This document shows, in pieces, positions 10,390-21,306 of a DNA stretch of 32,711 bases. This stretch comes from Rhodospirillaceae bacterium (GTDB lineage Bacteria > Pseudomonadota > Alphaproteobacteria > Rhodospirillales > 2-02-FULL-58-16). Each line of letters opens with the position of its first letter. Position 1 is the first letter of the stretch. Location of the stretch: NCBI GenBank assembly GCA_013349695.1, contig DUZD01000003.1, positions 1 to 32,711 on the forward strand, read 5' to 3'. The notes under the pieces were generated by a model, which worked only from the letters and a program-made list of their open reading frames with translations, did no database searches and was not told the origin of the DNA. The translations under genes and the position numbers were made by a program.

Positions 10390-11343
10390 ATGAATTGGCT
10401 TAAGAACCTGGTCCGGCCGAAGCTGAGGGAACTTGTCGGCAGGCAGAAGGGAACCGCCGGCAACCTCTGGCGCGATTGCCCCGAATGCGAGGGGATGATT
10501 TTTCACAGCGATCTGGAGAAGGATCACTGGGTTTGCCGGTTCTGCGGCCATCACATGCGTCTGGAGGCCGGAAAACGGCTGGTAATGTTGTTTGATGAAG
10601 ACGCCTATCAGACCGTCGAACTGGACGCCGTGCCGACCGATCCCCTGAAGTTCCGCGACCGCAGGAAATACACCGAGCGCATGAAAGAGGCGCAGAACCG
10701 AACCGGCGAGACCGACGCCCTGATCGTCGCGCACGGAAAAATGGGCGGCTTCAATGTCGTCATCGCGGCCCTGGATTTCTCCTTCATGGGCGGTTCCATG
10801 GGTGTTGCCGTCGGTCAAGGGTTGCTGACGGCGGCCCGCTTGGCGGTGGTCCAGGACGCATCGCTGATCGTGGTACCGTCTTCCGGCGGCGCCCGCATGC
10901 AGGAAGGCATTCTCTCGCTCATGCAAATGGCCCGGACGACCATCGCCGTCGAGGAGGTCCGTGAAGCCGGCCTGCCCTATATCGTGGTCCTCGCCGATCC
11001 AACCACTGGCGGCGTAACGGCCTCGTTCGCCATGCTGGGCGACATCGCCATCGCCGAACCGGGAGCCATCATCGGTTTCGCCGGCGCCCGTGTCATCGAA
11101 CAGACCATCCGCGAAAAGTTGCCCGAGGGTTTTCAGCGGGCTGAATACCTGCTCGACCATGGCATGATCGACATGGTGGTTCATCGCCACGAATTGCGCG
11201 ACACTTTGATTCGCGTCATCGGCCTTCTGCGCAACACCGTTCCGGCGGCTGATGTCGCCTCCATTCCCGCCGCCGCCGAAACGCCCGCCGCCAATCCGGC
11301 CCCCTCCGAGGACCACCCAGCCGAGGACCGTCCAACTGAGTAG
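10390..11343 (+). CDS. accD: Acetyl-CoA carboxylase carboxyltransferase beta subunit
   Basis: Zn finger CPEC...[42 protein letters not shown]. Confidence 0.98.
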   Translation: MNWLKNLVRPKLRELVGRQKGTAGNLWRDCPECEGMIFHSDLEKDHWVCRFCGHHMRLEAGKRLVMLFDEDAYQTVELDAVPTDPLKFRDRRKYTERMKEAQNRTGETDALIVAHGKMGGFNVVIAALDFSFMGGSMGVAVGQGLLTAARLAVVQDASLIVVPSSGGARMQEGILSLMQMARTTIAVEEVREAGLPYIVVLADPTTGGVTASFAMLGDIAIAEPGAIIGFAGARVIEQTIREKLPEGFQRAEYLLDHGMIDMVVHRHELRDTLIRVIGLLRNTVPAADVASIPAAAETPAANPAPSEDHPAEDRPTE

Positions 11344-12607
11344 CGAAGCCATCCTCGAACGCCTCACTCGGCTTCATCCCAAACTGATCGATCTCTCGCT
11401 TGGGCGCATCGAGACCCTGCTTGGAAGATTGGGCCATCCGCAAAGGCGGCTTCCCGCCGTCGTCCATGTCGCCGGAACCAACGGCAAGGGCTCGGTGATC
11501 GCTTTCCTGCGCGCCTTCCTGGAAGCGGCCGGCCACCGCGTTCATGTCTATACCTCGCCGCATCTGGTCCGCTTCAACGAGCGGATCAGGCTCGCCGGCG
11601 AACTGATTTCGGATACCGAATTGATAACCATGTTGGAGGAATGCGAGACGGCCAATGGCGGCGATCCCATCACCTTTTTCGAGATCACCACGGCGGCGGC
11701 GTTCCTGGCTTTTTCCCGCCACCCGGCCGACCTGTTGTTGCTGGAAACGGGCCTTGGCGGGCGGCTGGATGCGACAAGCGTGGTCGAACGGCCGGCACTG
11801 ACGGTGCTCACCCCCATCTCGTTGGATCACCAGCAGTACCTGGGCGACAGGCTGGAGAAAATCGCCGGCGAGAAAGCCGGTATCCTGAAAGCCGGCGTCG
11901 CCTGCGTTGTCGCCAGCCAGCAACGAAAGGTAGAAAAAGTTATCGCCCGGCGGGCGGCGGATCAAGGCGCGCCGTTGATCCGGGAAGGCAAGGAGTGGTT
12001 CGTCCGCGGCGGCGTGGTTTTCTCGGGCGGCGGAAAGACGCGGCGTCTGCCGCCGCCGCCGCTGGCCGGGGCGCATCAAGTCCGCAACGCCGGGCTGGCG
12101 GTGGCCTGCCTAGACCAACTCGGGGATTTCGCCGTCGCCGATGCCGCCATCGCCCTTGGAATGAAAGCGGTGCAATGGCCGGCCCGGTTGCAACGGCTTG
12201 CCGGCGGCCCACTTGTCGATATTCTGCCCGATGGCTGGGAGCTTTGGCTGGATGGCGGGCACAACGCGGCGGCCGCCCGCGCCCTCGCCCGGCAAGCGCG
12301 GCGCTGGCGGGAGCGGCCCTTGCACTTGATTTTCGGCATGCTGCGAACCAAGGATCCGCTGGCATTTCTTCAGCCTCTGGCGGGGAAAGTAAACGCCCTT
12401 CGCGCCGTCGCCATCCCCGGCGGGGAGAGCAGCCTGAGCGCCGAGGAAACGGCCGCCGCGGCGGCAAGGCTCGGCATCGACGCCGCCGCCGCGGTAGAGA
12501 TCGGCGCCGCCCTGCAAAGCCTTGTCGATCATTTTCCCAGCCCCGCCCGGGTGCTGATCTGCGGGTCCTTGTATCTGGCCGGCGAGGTGCTGAGGGAGAA
12601 CGGATAG
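11336..12607 (+). CDS. folC: Bifunctional folylpolyglutamate/dihydrofolate synthase (start uncertain, possibly CTG)
   Basis: [55 protein letters not shown]. Confidence 0.95.
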   Translation: MSSEAILERLTRLHPKLIDLSLGRIETLLGRLGHPQRRLPAVVHVAGTNGKGSVIAFLRAFLEAAGHRVHVYTSPHLVRFNERIRLAGELISDTELITMLEECETANGGDPITFFEITTAAAFLAFSRHPADLLLLETGLGGRLDATSVVERPALTVLTPISLDHQQYLGDRLEKIAGEKAGILKAGVACVVASQQRKVEKVIARRAADQGAPLIREGKEWFVRGGVVFSGGGKTRRLPPPPLAGAHQVRNAGLAVACLDQLGDFAVADAAIALGMKAVQWPARLQRLAGGPLVDILPDGWELWLDGGHNAAAARALARQARRWRERPLHLIFGMLRTKDPLAFLQPLAGKVNALRAVAIPGGESSLSAEETAAAAARLGIDAAAAVEIGAALQSLVDHFPSPARVLICGSLYLAGEVLRENG

Positions 12608-12634
12608 AGCGTTTGCGGCTTTTTGCATGAAATG

Positions 12635-12656
12635 AAAACCCCGCCGGGTGGCGGGG
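12635..12656 (-). terminator. Rho-independent terminator after trxA
   Basis: Stem CCCCGCC (12639-45) / GGCGGGG (12650-56) with a 4-nt loop, followed on the minus strand by TTTT; it lies between convergent folC and trxA. Confidence 0.65.
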
Positions 12657-12691
12657 GTTCGTTTCCGGTGGCGGAGATTGCAAGCTCCGGA

Positions 12692-13009
12692 TCAGATCAC
12701 CGATTCAATCCATTCGGCCATCTTGTTTTTGGGCAAGGCGCCGATCTTGGTGGCGGCGACCTCGCCATCCTTGAACAGAATCAGGGTCGGAATTCCGCGA
12801 ACGCCGTACTTGGACGGAGTTATCGGGTTTTCGTCGATGTTGATCTTGGCGACGGTGACCTTGTCGCCCAACTCCGAGGCCAACTCCTCGAGTACGGGAG
12901 CGATTTGTTTGCAGGGTCCACACCACTCCGCCCAGAAATCGACGATGACTGGCATCGAAGACTTGAGAACCTCGGAATCGAAGGTCTCATCGGTAACCTG
13001 TTTCGGCAT
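12692..13009 (-). CDS. trxA: Thioredoxin
   Basis: [12 protein letters not shown] and GIPTL motifs, 105 aa. Confidence 0.98.
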   Translation of the reverse strand: MPKQVTDETFDSEVLKSSMPVIVDFWAEWCGPCKQIAPVLEELASELGDKVTVAKINIDENPITPSKYGVRGIPTLILFKDGEVAATKIGALPKNKMAEWIESVI

Positions 13010-13088
13010 TAACTCTTTCCTATCAATATGTTAACTTAAAATACGTGGAATTTTCCTTGACTGGATCGCCGCCCCATGCACGGACTTG

Positions 13089-13117
13089 AACTTAGGCAGG
13101 CGCCGGCCTTGCGTCAA
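13089..13117 (-). promoter_or_regulatory. Putative sigma70-type promoter for trxA
   Basis: Minus strand reads TTGACG-N17-TAAGTT; the -35 box overlaps the addA stop codon. Confidence 0.55.
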
Positions 13118-16100
13118 GGCGCATACCGGTCCAAAAGGGGCTCGGGCAGGGCCATCAAGTCGGCGTTGGCGGTCCACAGCAGGAGGCACCGCACCGGCCG
13201 GTCCGGATAAATGCGCCGAAGCGCCGCGCGGTAGGCGGCCATCTGCGCGAGGTAGATGGCGGGAACCTCGTCAACGGCGGCCGGCGGCAATCGGTTGGTT
13301 TTGTAGTCGATGACGCTGACGGCCCTGTCGGTGACCAGCAAACGGTCGATTTGCGCCGAGATGACGGTGCCCGAGACGTCGCCGATCAAAGACACTTCGG
13401 CCCGGCTGCCCGGTCCGAAAAGGGCGGCGAAATCGGCATGCCCAAGGATGGCCAGGACCTCGGCGGCGATTTCCGCCTGTTCCTCCAGCGAAAGATCGTG
13501 GGCGGGGCGGGCCAGATAGGTCCGCGCCGCCTCGAAACGGAAATCGCCGGACACATCCGGCAGGCACTGCAACAACCGATGGGTAAGGCGTCCACGTTTG
13601 AACTTGGCTCCGCCGTCGTCCGAGAAGGGGGAGATCACCGGCGGTTCCTCTTTTAGCGGCGCCGACGGGGTCAGGGGTCGCGGCGGTTCGGCCTCTGGCG
13701 GTGCCGGTTGCCGCGCCCAGGCGGGCAACGCGCTCGCCGCCGCCGCCGTTTCCGCCATCGGCGAGCTTTGATCCGGCGGCGCCGTTTGCTCGTCCCTCAG
13801 GCGCCAGCCGGTTTCGCCGCTATCCGATAAGAAGGTTTCGACGTCGTTGGGGTTGGCGGCGGCGATGGCGGTTTCGAGCAAGTCGTACCAGCAACCCGGA
13901 CCGCGGCGCCGCTTGCCATCCCAGCCGCAGATGTAAAGGCGGTCCTTGGCGCGGGTCATGGCGACGTAAAGCAGGCGGTGGTATTCCCCGACGACGCGGC
14001 GGCGGGCTTCCTCGCGCAGGCGCCTGCATTGGGCTTCCTCGTTTTCCTTGCGTACCGGCCACAACAGGTAAGAGTCCGCCCCTTTTCCCCACAGTAACCG
14101 GGGGTCGAGCCTGGAGTCGGGCACGGTGCGGGTGTCGGGCAGGAAAACGATGTTGGACTGCAGGCCCTTGGCGCCGTGGACGGTCATCACCCGCACTTCG
14201 CCGCGCCCGTGCTCGAGGTCGCGCTTGATTACGGTCTCGCCGGCGGCGAGCCAGTGCAAGAACCCCTGCAACGAGGCGACGTGTTGGCGTTCGAAGTCCA
14301 GGGCCAGGGCGAGGAACTCGTCAATTGGGTCTTCGGCGTCGGGTCCCAGCCGCGCCAAAAGCCGTTGGCGGCCACCGCCACGGCCCAACAGGTCGGAGAA
14401 AAATTCGAAAGGCGGGGTGAAATCCGCCATCTCCAGCATCGCCGCCAGTTTTCCGCAAGCGGTGTCGTAAAGGGGGCGTTGGTCCCGGTTTTTTTTCAGC
14501 TCCATCCACAGGCTTCCAGCGCGGCCGTATGCGAGATCGAACAAGGCCTCGTCGTCGAAACCGAAAAAAGGGCTTTTCAGGACGACGGCTAAGTTCAAAT
14601 CGTCCTCCGGCAGCAGCGCGAACTGGCCGAGCGCCACCAGGTCCATCACCGCCAATTGTCCGGTCAGGACCATGCGGTCGCTGCCGGCGACGGGAATGCG
14701 GCGTTGCTTGAGGCAACTGACCATTTGCTCGGCGAACCGGCCGCGGGTGCGGACCAGGATCATGATGTCGCCCGGACGGATCGGCCGCCCCGTCGATTCC
14801 AGGATCTCTTCATTTTGCAGCCATCCCTCGATGCGCCTGGCGATGCGGTTGGCCAGCCGGGCCGGCGGGCTGGCGGCGGGCATTTGGTCGAGGGGCGCGT
14901 CCCACGGATCGGCGGCGGGATCTTCTTCGGGCTTAAGCGTCGGCCACAGCTCGACCAAGCCGGCCTGGCCGTCCCGCGCCGAAAGATGGCGGATCTGAGC
15001 CTCGCCGGAGGACATGCCGTCGCGGGCCTCCGCCGTCTCGAACACTCGGTCGACGAAATTAAGCACCGTCCAAGTGGAACGGTAGGAAAGCGTCAAATCG
15101 ACCGGCCGCCACTTGCCGCCGGCATCCCCGACCCGATCGGCGAAATGGGCGCGCATACGGTCGAATTCGTCCGGATCGGCGCCCTGGAAGCTGAAAATGG
15201 ACTGCTTTTCGTCGCCGACGGCAAAGACCGTGCGTGGACCTTCCCTGCTTCCCTCGCCGGCGAAAAACTCCCCGGCGATGGCGGCGATGACCTGCCATTG
15301 TTCGGGGCTGGTATCCTGGGCTTCGTCGACAAGTATGTGATCGATGCCGCCGTCGAGCTTGTAATGCACCCAGGAGGCGCCGCCCTCGGCGGCGAGGAGA
15401 TCCCGGGCCTTGGCGATCAGGTCGTCGTAATCTAGAAGGGCGCGGTCTTCCTTCATGGATTCGTACGAATCGAGAAGGGCGGCGCCCAGATGCAGCAAGG
15501 CGTCGGTCGAGCAGGCGACCTCCAGCGCCTTCAGCCTGTCCTTGACCGCCAGCACTCGCGCTTGTTCGTCAAGGAGGATGCCGAGCGCCCCTGGATCGGC
15601 GGTCTTGGCGGCTTTGGTGATCAGGTTTTTCTCGGCGCAAGGGCCGCCGTCCGTTTTTTTGATGAAAACCGGGGCGTAAGCCTCGAGGAACCCTGCGGCC
15701 CGTTGTAGCGCTCCGCCATCGAGCCAGGCGCGGATGGCGGCGGCCCGCTCCCGGTCTTTCGCCGTTCCGTGATCCAGCGCCGCCGAGGCGCGGCGAAGGT
15801 CCTCGTCATGGCCAGCCGCCGCGGCGGCGGCGAGGACCGTTTCCCTGCTGTCGTCCGGGTCCAAGCCGAGGGCGGCGCGCGCCGCCCGGAGCAGTCCCGC
15901 GCGGCCGCCGTGCTGGCGCAAAAGACCGCGCAGGCGGCCGCGGTTGGCGTCCAGTTCCCGCATCAGATCGGCGAACCCGTTTTCGTCCACCTGCCCGGCC
16001 AGATGCTCCAACGCCGCGCCGAGGCGATGGCTGTCGCCGTCGAAAGACCGGGCCAGCACCCGGTCCCTCACCTCAATGCGAAGTTCCGCCGCCGTGCGCT

Positions 16101-16551
16101 CGTCGATGACCGAGAAATGAGGCGCGACGCCGGCCTCCAGGGGGAAGCGGGCAAGCAGGGATTCGCAAAACGAGTGGATGGTGCGGATGCCGAGCCCGCC
16201 GGGCGTTTCCAGGGTTTCGGCGAATAGGCGCCGAGCCTTGGCGAGGGTTTCGCCGCCAGGATGCCGGGCCAGCAGTCGGCGCAACGTTTCGGCAAGTTCG
16301 CCCTCGGCCATCACCGCCCAATCGCCCAACTGGCTGCTCAAACGGTTGGCCATCTCCGCCGCCGCCGCCTTGGTGAACGTCAGGCAAAGGATTCGTTCCG
16401 CCTTCGTGCCCGCCAACAGCAGCCGCGAGATACGGTCGATCAGCACGCGGGTCTTGCCGGTTCCGGCGTTGGCCGAGACCCATGCCGAATGCGTCGGGTC
16501 GGCGGCGGTCATCTGCCCATGCGGGACCCGGTGGTTTTGGGCGCCGTTCAC
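13114..16551 (-). CDS. addA: Double-strand break repair helicase/nuclease AddA
   Basis: ANAGTGKT, LTFTKAAAAEM, LVDEAQDT, VGDEKQSIFSFQGA, MTVHGAKGL, LLYVAMTRA and a C-terminal nuclease IDRL...IDYKT. The GTG start overlaps the addB stop. Confidence 0.97.
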   Translation of the reverse strand: MNGAQNHRVPHGQMTAADPTHSAWVSANAGTGKTRVLIDRISRLLLAGTKAERILCLTFTKAAAAEMANRLSSQLGDWAVMAEGELAETLRRLLARHPGGETLAKARRLFAETLETPGGLGIRTIHSFCESLLARFPLEAGVAPHFSVIDERTAAELRIEVRDRVLARSFDGDSHRLGAALEHLAGQVDENGFADLMRELDANRGRLRGLLRQHGGRAGLLRAARAALGLDPDDSRETVLAAAAAAGHDEDLRRASAALDHGTAKDRERAAAIRAWLDGGALQRAAGFLEAYAPVFIKKTDGGPCAEKNLITKAAKTADPGALGILLDEQARVLAVKDRLKALEVACSTDALLHLGAALLDSYESMKEDRALLDYDDLIAKARDLLAAEGGASWVHYKLDGGIDHILVDEAQDTSPEQWQVIAAIAGEFFAGEGSREGPRTVFAVGDEKQSIFSFQGADPDEFDRMRAHFADRVGDAGGKWRPVDLTLSYRSTWTVLNFVDRVFETAEARDGMSSGEAQIRHLSARDGQAGLVELWPTLKPEEDPAADPWDAPLDQMPAASPPARLANRIARRIEGWLQNEEILESTGRPIRPGDIMILVRTRGRFAEQMVSCLKQRRIPVAGSDRMVLTGQLAVMDLVALGQFALLPEDDLNLAVVLKSPFFGFDDEALFDLAYGRAGSLWMELKKNRDQRPLYDTACGKLAAMLEMADFTPPFEFFSDLLGRGGGRQRLLARLGPDAEDPIDEFLALALDFERQHVASLQGFLHWLAAGETVIKRDLEHGRGEVRVMTVHGAKGLQSNIVFLPDTRTVPDSRLDPRLLWGKGADSYLLWPVRKENEEAQCRRLREEARRRVVGEYHRLLYVAMTRAKDRLYICGWDGKRRRGPGCWYDLLETAIAAANPNDVETFLSDSGETGWRLRDEQTAPPDQSSPMAETAAAASALPAWARQPAPPEAEPPRPLTPSAPLKEEPPVISPFSDDGGAKFKRGRLTHRLLQCLPDVSGDFRFEAARTYLARPAHDLSLEEQAEIAAEVLAILGHADFAALFGPGSRAEVSLIGDVSGTVISAQIDRLLVTDRAVSVIDYKTNRLPPAAVDEVPAIYLAQMAAYRAALRRIYPDRPVRCLLLWTANADLMALPEPLLDRYAP

Positions 16552-19505
16552 TTCCCTTCTCCGATTGCCGCCGCCCATTCCTTGACCCGGGCGAGATGGT
16601 CGTAATCGCCGTATTGGCTTTCGAACATCGGAACCGGCCGCGACCGGTAAGGCATCTCGGGTTCATCGAAGGCGGCAATGCGTTTTAGCAGTCCGCTAAT
16701 GGCCTTGTCGGCGGCCTCGGCGGCGTCCAGTTTGAGTACCTTCATCTCACCCGCCGGCCGGCCGCCCGACAGGCGCAAATAAATGAGTTGGTCGATTTTT
16801 TCGCCGCCGATGCCCTCGAAACCGCCATCTCCGGCTATCGCCGCCTCCAGAGGCAGCTGCGGCGCCAAGCCGCATTCCACCTGCGGCGACGTCGGTGTTT
16901 GTCCGGTCTTGTAGTCGATGATTGCCAAACCGCCGCCGCTCAGGCGGTCGATGCGGTCGGCACGGGCGGTGAGGGTGAAATCTCCCGCCGGGCCGGCCAG
17001 CGCGAGCCGGCCGTTGACCTCGGTGGCGGCGGTCATTTGTCCCCCGCCGCGGCGGCCGCGTTCGAAGTCGACGAACCAATGGGCGATGCGTTTAAACCTG
17101 GGCCACCAAAAAGCGCGCACGCCGGGACGGTCCAGGTGTTCCTCGAATACCTGCCGGCCGATGGCGATCAGTTCGCCGGCCGGGTCGGCGGGAAGCTCTC
17201 CGGGATGGGCGGCGATGAAGCGCTCCAAGGCCTTGTGGATAACACTGCCCCTTTCGGCGGCGCCGGGGTCGGCGTCGAGGGGATCGAGCGGCCGCAGGCC
17301 AAGGATACGTTCGGCGTAGATGGCGTAGGGATCGCGGACCCAGGTTTCGACGCGGCTGACGGACAACTGGCGGGGACGGGCGGCGACCGGCGGCGTCGGG
17401 GCCGGCGGCGGGATCGCGCCCGGTTTTTCGGAGGCATCCAGCCTGGACACCCATTGCAGCCATTCGAGGTCCGGCTTGAGGGCGTTTTCCAATCCTGAGC
17501 CGCGGAGCTGTGTTTGCAGCCTGAGGAGCCAGCGCGACGGCACCGTCGGCGTGCCCTCGACGCGGGTGGCGCGGGTCAGCACCACGTTCGGGGCGCAAAA
17601 AGCCTGGGCGAAGTCGTGGGCGGCGAGGCCGACGCGCCGTTCCGGCGGCGGCAGGCCGAAGGCCTTCAGCATGGGCCGGCTCATCCACGGATTGGCGGTC
17701 GCCTCGGGCGGCCAAGTGCCCTCGTTGAGGCCGCCCAGGATGAGGGTATCGGCTTGTTGCAGCCGCGCCTCCAGCAGTCCCCAAATGTGCAGCCGGGGAT
17801 GCCGGCCGTAACGAGGCCTGACGACCCGTCCGGCCATCAACGAATCGAGCAACGCCGGATACTGGCCGCCCTCGATGCGGGCAAGAACGCCGCCGGCTTC
17901 GTTCAATTCGGCGACGAAGGCGGCGGCGGCTTCACCGGCCTCTCCGGCCCAAAGCCGTTCGCCGCCGTCCGCTACGTCCGAAGCCGCCATTGCCTCGGCC
18001 ATTTCCACATGCAGCCGCAAAAGATCGTCGAAGGGGACGCTTTTGCGTTTCATCGCTTTCGCCAGGGGGGCCACGGCGGCGCCAAGTGTTTTGAGGAAAC
18101 CCTTCAGTTCCTTGCGCTCTTTGGGTCTTAGCGCGGCGCCAAGTCCTTTGATTCCCGCCGCTGGACGCGGCCCGCGCAAGGCGGCGATTTCCAGGCGGCG
18201 AACCTGGGCGCGGAAAAGAGCGGGGTTTCGGCCGGCCGCCGCCAGGGGGTGTTTGCAGGCGCCAAGCAGGGCCACCGGCGCCAGGTTTTCGGCGGCCATG
18301 CGGGCGGTGAGCCGGAGGAAAGCTCCCGGCGGCGTCCGCGCCAGGGGACGGCCGGCGGAATCGTCGACCTCCACCCGCCAGCGCCTGAGCTCGGCGGCGA
18401 CCCGCCGGGCCAGACCCCGGTCCGGTGTCACCAAGGCGGCGGTCCGGGTCTCCTTTTCGAGGACCCGGCGCATGATCAAGGCGATGACCGCGGCTTCTTC
18501 CCGCGGGCCGGGGCAGTCGATATGAGTGACGCCGGCCAGGGCGTTTTCGTCCATGCGCTTCGCCGGTTGCCGACAAACGGCGGCGGGTTCCACGGCGCCG
18601 TAAATCAACGCTTGGCGCGCCGGTGCCGTCGCCGCGATGCCGGCGGCCGGCCATTCCTTCACTTGCCCGGGAGTGACGCCGAGATGCCGCAACAAACTGG
18701 CCAAGCCATACTGGGGATGGGACGGCTCCAGAACCTCCCAGGCATCGGGCGAGGCCCGCCGGTAGAGGCCGGGCAGAACCACGCATCCTCTTGGCAGGTG
18801 GGCGACGACCTTCAGGAGGTCGGCGGTGGCGGGAATGGAACCGGTGGAGCCGGCGGCGATGACGGGACCGGCGGGAGGCTGGTTTGCCCAAGCTTCCGCC
18901 TGCCCCCGCAGAAGCAAATCGCGGCGGGTCGCCGGGTCGACGGAACCCTCCCGCTCCAGGATGGCGGGCCAGTTGTCGGTGACAATCTTGAGGAAATCCA
19001 GTGTCACTTGCCAGTGAACGGCGAAGTCGCCGGAAACCAGGCCCTCGAGCCCGTCGAAGCCGAGGCGCTCGGTATGGACCTGGTCGACAAGCCGCGCCAG
19101 TTCACCGGCCAGCCGCGCCGCCTGGTCCGGTGTCGTTTGCCCTTTATCCTTGGCCAGGATCAGCCTGGTCAGCAACAGCAGCCGTTTGAGACCGGAAACG
19201 GCCGGTTTTGCTTCGATGCCGCCGCCGTTCATTGCCGTTTCCCGCCAGCTTGCGAAAGCCAGTTCCTCTTCGTCGATATCGCCCAGCGGCGTCAGCCTCG
19301 GCAAAAGCAGCGGCCGCCCGCCGGAAAGGCGCAGGAAAGCCTCGCGCAGGGCACGGCAGGCGCGCCGGGTCGGTAACAGCACCGTCACAGTGGCCGCGGC
19401 ACTCGCCTCGCCGCCGGTTTTGGCCAAAATTCCCGCCGCCAGGGCGTCAACGAAAGGAATCCCGGCGCCGATGTTGTAAACTTCGGGTGGAGTCCTGTCG
19501 TTCAT
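16548..19505 (-). CDS. addB: Double-strand break repair protein AddB
   Basis: LPTRRACRAL, AGSTGSIPATA, LVTPDR, LEARLQ, GGLNEGTWP, DPYAIYA, ARADRID...IDYKTG; ATGA overlap with murU. Confidence 0.97.
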   Translation of the reverse strand: MNDRTPPEVYNIGAGIPFVDALAAGILAKTGGEASAAATVTVLLPTRRACRALREAFLRLSGGRPLLLPRLTPLGDIDEEELAFASWRETAMNGGGIEAKPAVSGLKRLLLLTRLILAKDKGQTTPDQAARLAGELARLVDQVHTERLGFDGLEGLVSGDFAVHWQVTLDFLKIVTDNWPAILEREGSVDPATRRDLLLRGQAEAWANQPPAGPVIAAGSTGSIPATADLLKVVAHLPRGCVVLPGLYRRASPDAWEVLEPSHPQYGLASLLRHLGVTPGQVKEWPAAGIAATAPARQALIYGAVEPAAVCRQPAKRMDENALAGVTHIDCPGPREEAAVIALIMRRVLEKETRTAALVTPDRGLARRVAAELRRWRVEVDDSAGRPLARTPPGAFLRLTARMAAENLAPVALLGACKHPLAAAGRNPALFRAQVRRLEIAALRGPRPAAGIKGLGAALRPKERKELKGFLKTLGAAVAPLAKAMKRKSVPFDDLLRLHVEMAEAMAASDVADGGERLWAGEAGEAAAAFVAELNEAGGVLARIEGGQYPALLDSLMAGRVVRPRYGRHPRLHIWGLLEARLQQADTLILGGLNEGTWPPEATANPWMSRPMLKAFGLPPPERRVGLAAHDFAQAFCAPNVVLTRATRVEGTPTVPSRWLLRLQTQLRGSGLENALKPDLEWLQWVSRLDASEKPGAIPPPAPTPPVAARPRQLSVSRVETWVRDPYAIYAERILGLRPLDPLDADPGAAERGSVIHKALERFIAAHPGELPADPAGELIAIGRQVFEEHLDRPGVRAFWWPRFKRIAHWFVDFERGRRGGGQMTAATEVNGRLALAGPAGDFTLTARADRIDRLSGGGLAIIDYKTGQTPTSPQVECGLAPQLPLEAAIAGDGGFEGIGGEKIDQLIYLRLSGGRPAGEMKVLKLDAAEAADKAISGLLKRIAAFDEPEMPYRSRPVPMFESQYGDYDHLARVKEWAAAIGEGK

Positions 19506-20302
19506 CGGCGTCTGTTTCCGGCGTAGCGGACCCGGATGTAGGCTTCGGCTTCGGCTAGACCTTCCGGGGTGCCGATATTGAACCATTCCCCGTCATGGAT
19601 GATGCCGTGGAGCCTTTCCGCCTCGATGGCCCGATCGTAAAGCAGGTTGAGGGAAAAGGCGCCCTCCGGCGCCTCGTTGAACAGCCGTGGATGGAGGATT
19701 TGCAGGCCGGTAAACAGAAAAGGCGAGACCTCGGATTCGGCGCGGCGGGCGAGCAGCCCCGCCGGATCGACGCAGAAATCCCCCCGACCCTGGTAGCCGT
19801 ATGCGTCCACCGTCGAATGGAGCAGCAGCAAGGCGTCCATGCGTCGATGGTCCCAGCCGGCGGCCATGCGGGCGAGCGTGCTTTGCGTGCCGTTCAGCCA
19901 CAAGATGTCGGCGTTGACGGCGTAGAACGGCTCCGCGCCCAAGAGAGGCAGGGCCTTGGCTACGCCGCCCCCGGTATCGAGAAGCTCGTCCTCGGATGAA
20001 AACAAGAGCTCCGGGCGGCGGCCTTTCCTTGGCCGGCGCTGGCGTCTTCCCAAATGCTGCTCGATCAGGTGGCCCAGGTGATGGAGATTGAACACCACCG
20101 TTTCCACGCTCGCTTCCTCCAGGCGGTCAAGGGTCCAGTCGAGCAAGGCCTTTTCCCCCACCTTGACCAGCGGTTTCGGCAGGCGGTGAGTGATTGGACG
20201 CATGCGCTTACCGAGTCCGGCGGCCAGCACCATCGCCCGGCGCGGGGCACCGGCGGCGCTGTCTCCGGCCGGGCGCTTGCCGGGGCTTGTTTTTCTTGTC
20301 AT
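19502..20302 (-). CDS. murU: N-acetylmuramate-1-phosphate uridylyltransferase-like nucleotidyltransferase
   Basis: AMVLAAGLGKRMRP, PKPLV, LLDTGGGV; adjacent to an amgK-like kinase in the conserved tsaE-amgK-murU-addB-addA order. Confidence 0.85.
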   Translation of the reverse strand: MTRKTSPGKRPAGDSAAGAPRRAMVLAAGLGKRMRPITHRLPKPLVKVGEKALLDWTLDRLEEASVETVVFNLHHLGHLIEQHLGRRQRRPRKGRRPELLFSSEDELLDTGGGVAKALPLLGAEPFYAVNADILWLNGTQSTLARMAAGWDHRRMDALLLLHSTVDAYGYQGRGDFCVDPAGLLARRAESEVSPFLFTGLQILHPRLFNEAPEGAFSLNLLYDRAIEAERLHGIIHDGEWFNIGTPEGLAEAEAYIRVRYAGNRRR

Positions 20303-21306
20303 TGGACCGTTTCCTCGCGGGGCAGGGCTCTCATCTCTTGCGGAACGTGTTTTTCGAACCAAGCGGCGACGGGGGCGAGGAACGGGTGTTCGAGGGACCG
20401 CGCCAACAGCCGCCACACCCTGGGAATATGAACAAGATAGCCGGACTTGCCGTCGCGGACCGATAGGCGGGTGAAAATACCGATCACTTTCGCATGTCTC
20501 TGGGCGCCAAGAATGGCGTAAACGGTCTCGAAGGCTTGCCGGTCCCGGTCGGGGAAAGCGGCATGGTAGCGGTCCAGCATCGTCCTCGCCAGTCTATCGT
20601 CGATGTCCCGGCGGGCGTCCTCCAGGAGAGACATAAGGTCGTAAGCGGCGGCTCCCGCCACCGCGTCCTGAAAATCCAAAAGACCGCAGGCCTTGATACC
20701 GGGCCTATCCGGCAGCCAGATCAGATTGTCGACATGATAATCTCTCAGCACCAGGGTCCGGGGCTGGGCGTGGACGAGGGGGAAAAGGCCGAGCCAGGCG
20801 TCGATGTAGCTTTGCCGGACGGGCTCGGGCGTCACCGTCCCCGTCGCCCGTGGCAGGTACCAATCGGTGAGCCAAGCGGCCTCGCAAAGAAGCGTTTCGT
20901 CGTCGTAGGCGGGGAGGCCGGACGGCACCGCCGCCGGCCGGCCGTGCAGGCCGATCAGCAGGTCGACGGCGAGGGCGTAAAGGGTTTCCTCGTCGCCGCC
21001 GGCGGCGAGCAAGGAGGTATAGGTGTCGTCGCCCAGGTCTTCGAGCAGCAGCAGGCCGGCCGTTTCATCGAAGGCGAGGATAGCGGGCGCGCTCAATCCC
21101 AGTCTTAGCAAATGACGGGCCACGGCGACGAAGGGGCGGACGTTCTCTCGCGGCGGCGGCGCGTCCATCAACACCGCCCGCCGCCGGCCATCGCGCAAAC
21201 GATAATAGCGGCGAAACGAAGCGTCCCCCGCCAAAGTCGAACGTTCCGCCTCGTCCCAGCAGGCGCGCTTGAGGAATGCGTCGATCGACGCGGCGCGATC
21301 AGACAT
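20299..21306 (-). CDS. amgK: Anomeric MurNAc/GlcNAc kinase (aminoglycoside phosphotransferase fold)
   Basis: LAGDASFRRYYR, LMDAPP, LEDLGD, RDYHVDNL, LDFQDA, YDLMSLLEDARRD. Confidence 0.85.
   Translation of the reverse strand: MSDRAASIDAFLKRACWDEAERSTLAGDASFRRYYRLRDGRRRAVLMDAPPPRENVRPFVAVARHLLRLGLSAPAILAFDETAGLLLLEDLGDDTYTSLLAAGGDEETLYALAVDLLIGLHGRPAAVPSGLPAYDDETLLCEAAWLTDWYLPRATGTVTPEPVRQSYIDAWLGLFPLVHAQPRTLVLRDYHVDNLIWLPDRPGIKACGLLDFQDAVAGAAAYDLMSLLEDARRDIDDRLARTMLDRYHAAFPDRDRQAFETVYAILGAQRHAKVIGIFTRLSVRDGKSGYLVHIPRVWRLLARSLEHPFLAPVAAWFEKHVPQEMRALPREETVQ

Noticed and set aside
13005-13040. CtrA boxes from clustered TTAA motifs near trxA (also near 7800)
   Set aside because: No TTAA-N7-TTAA spacing.
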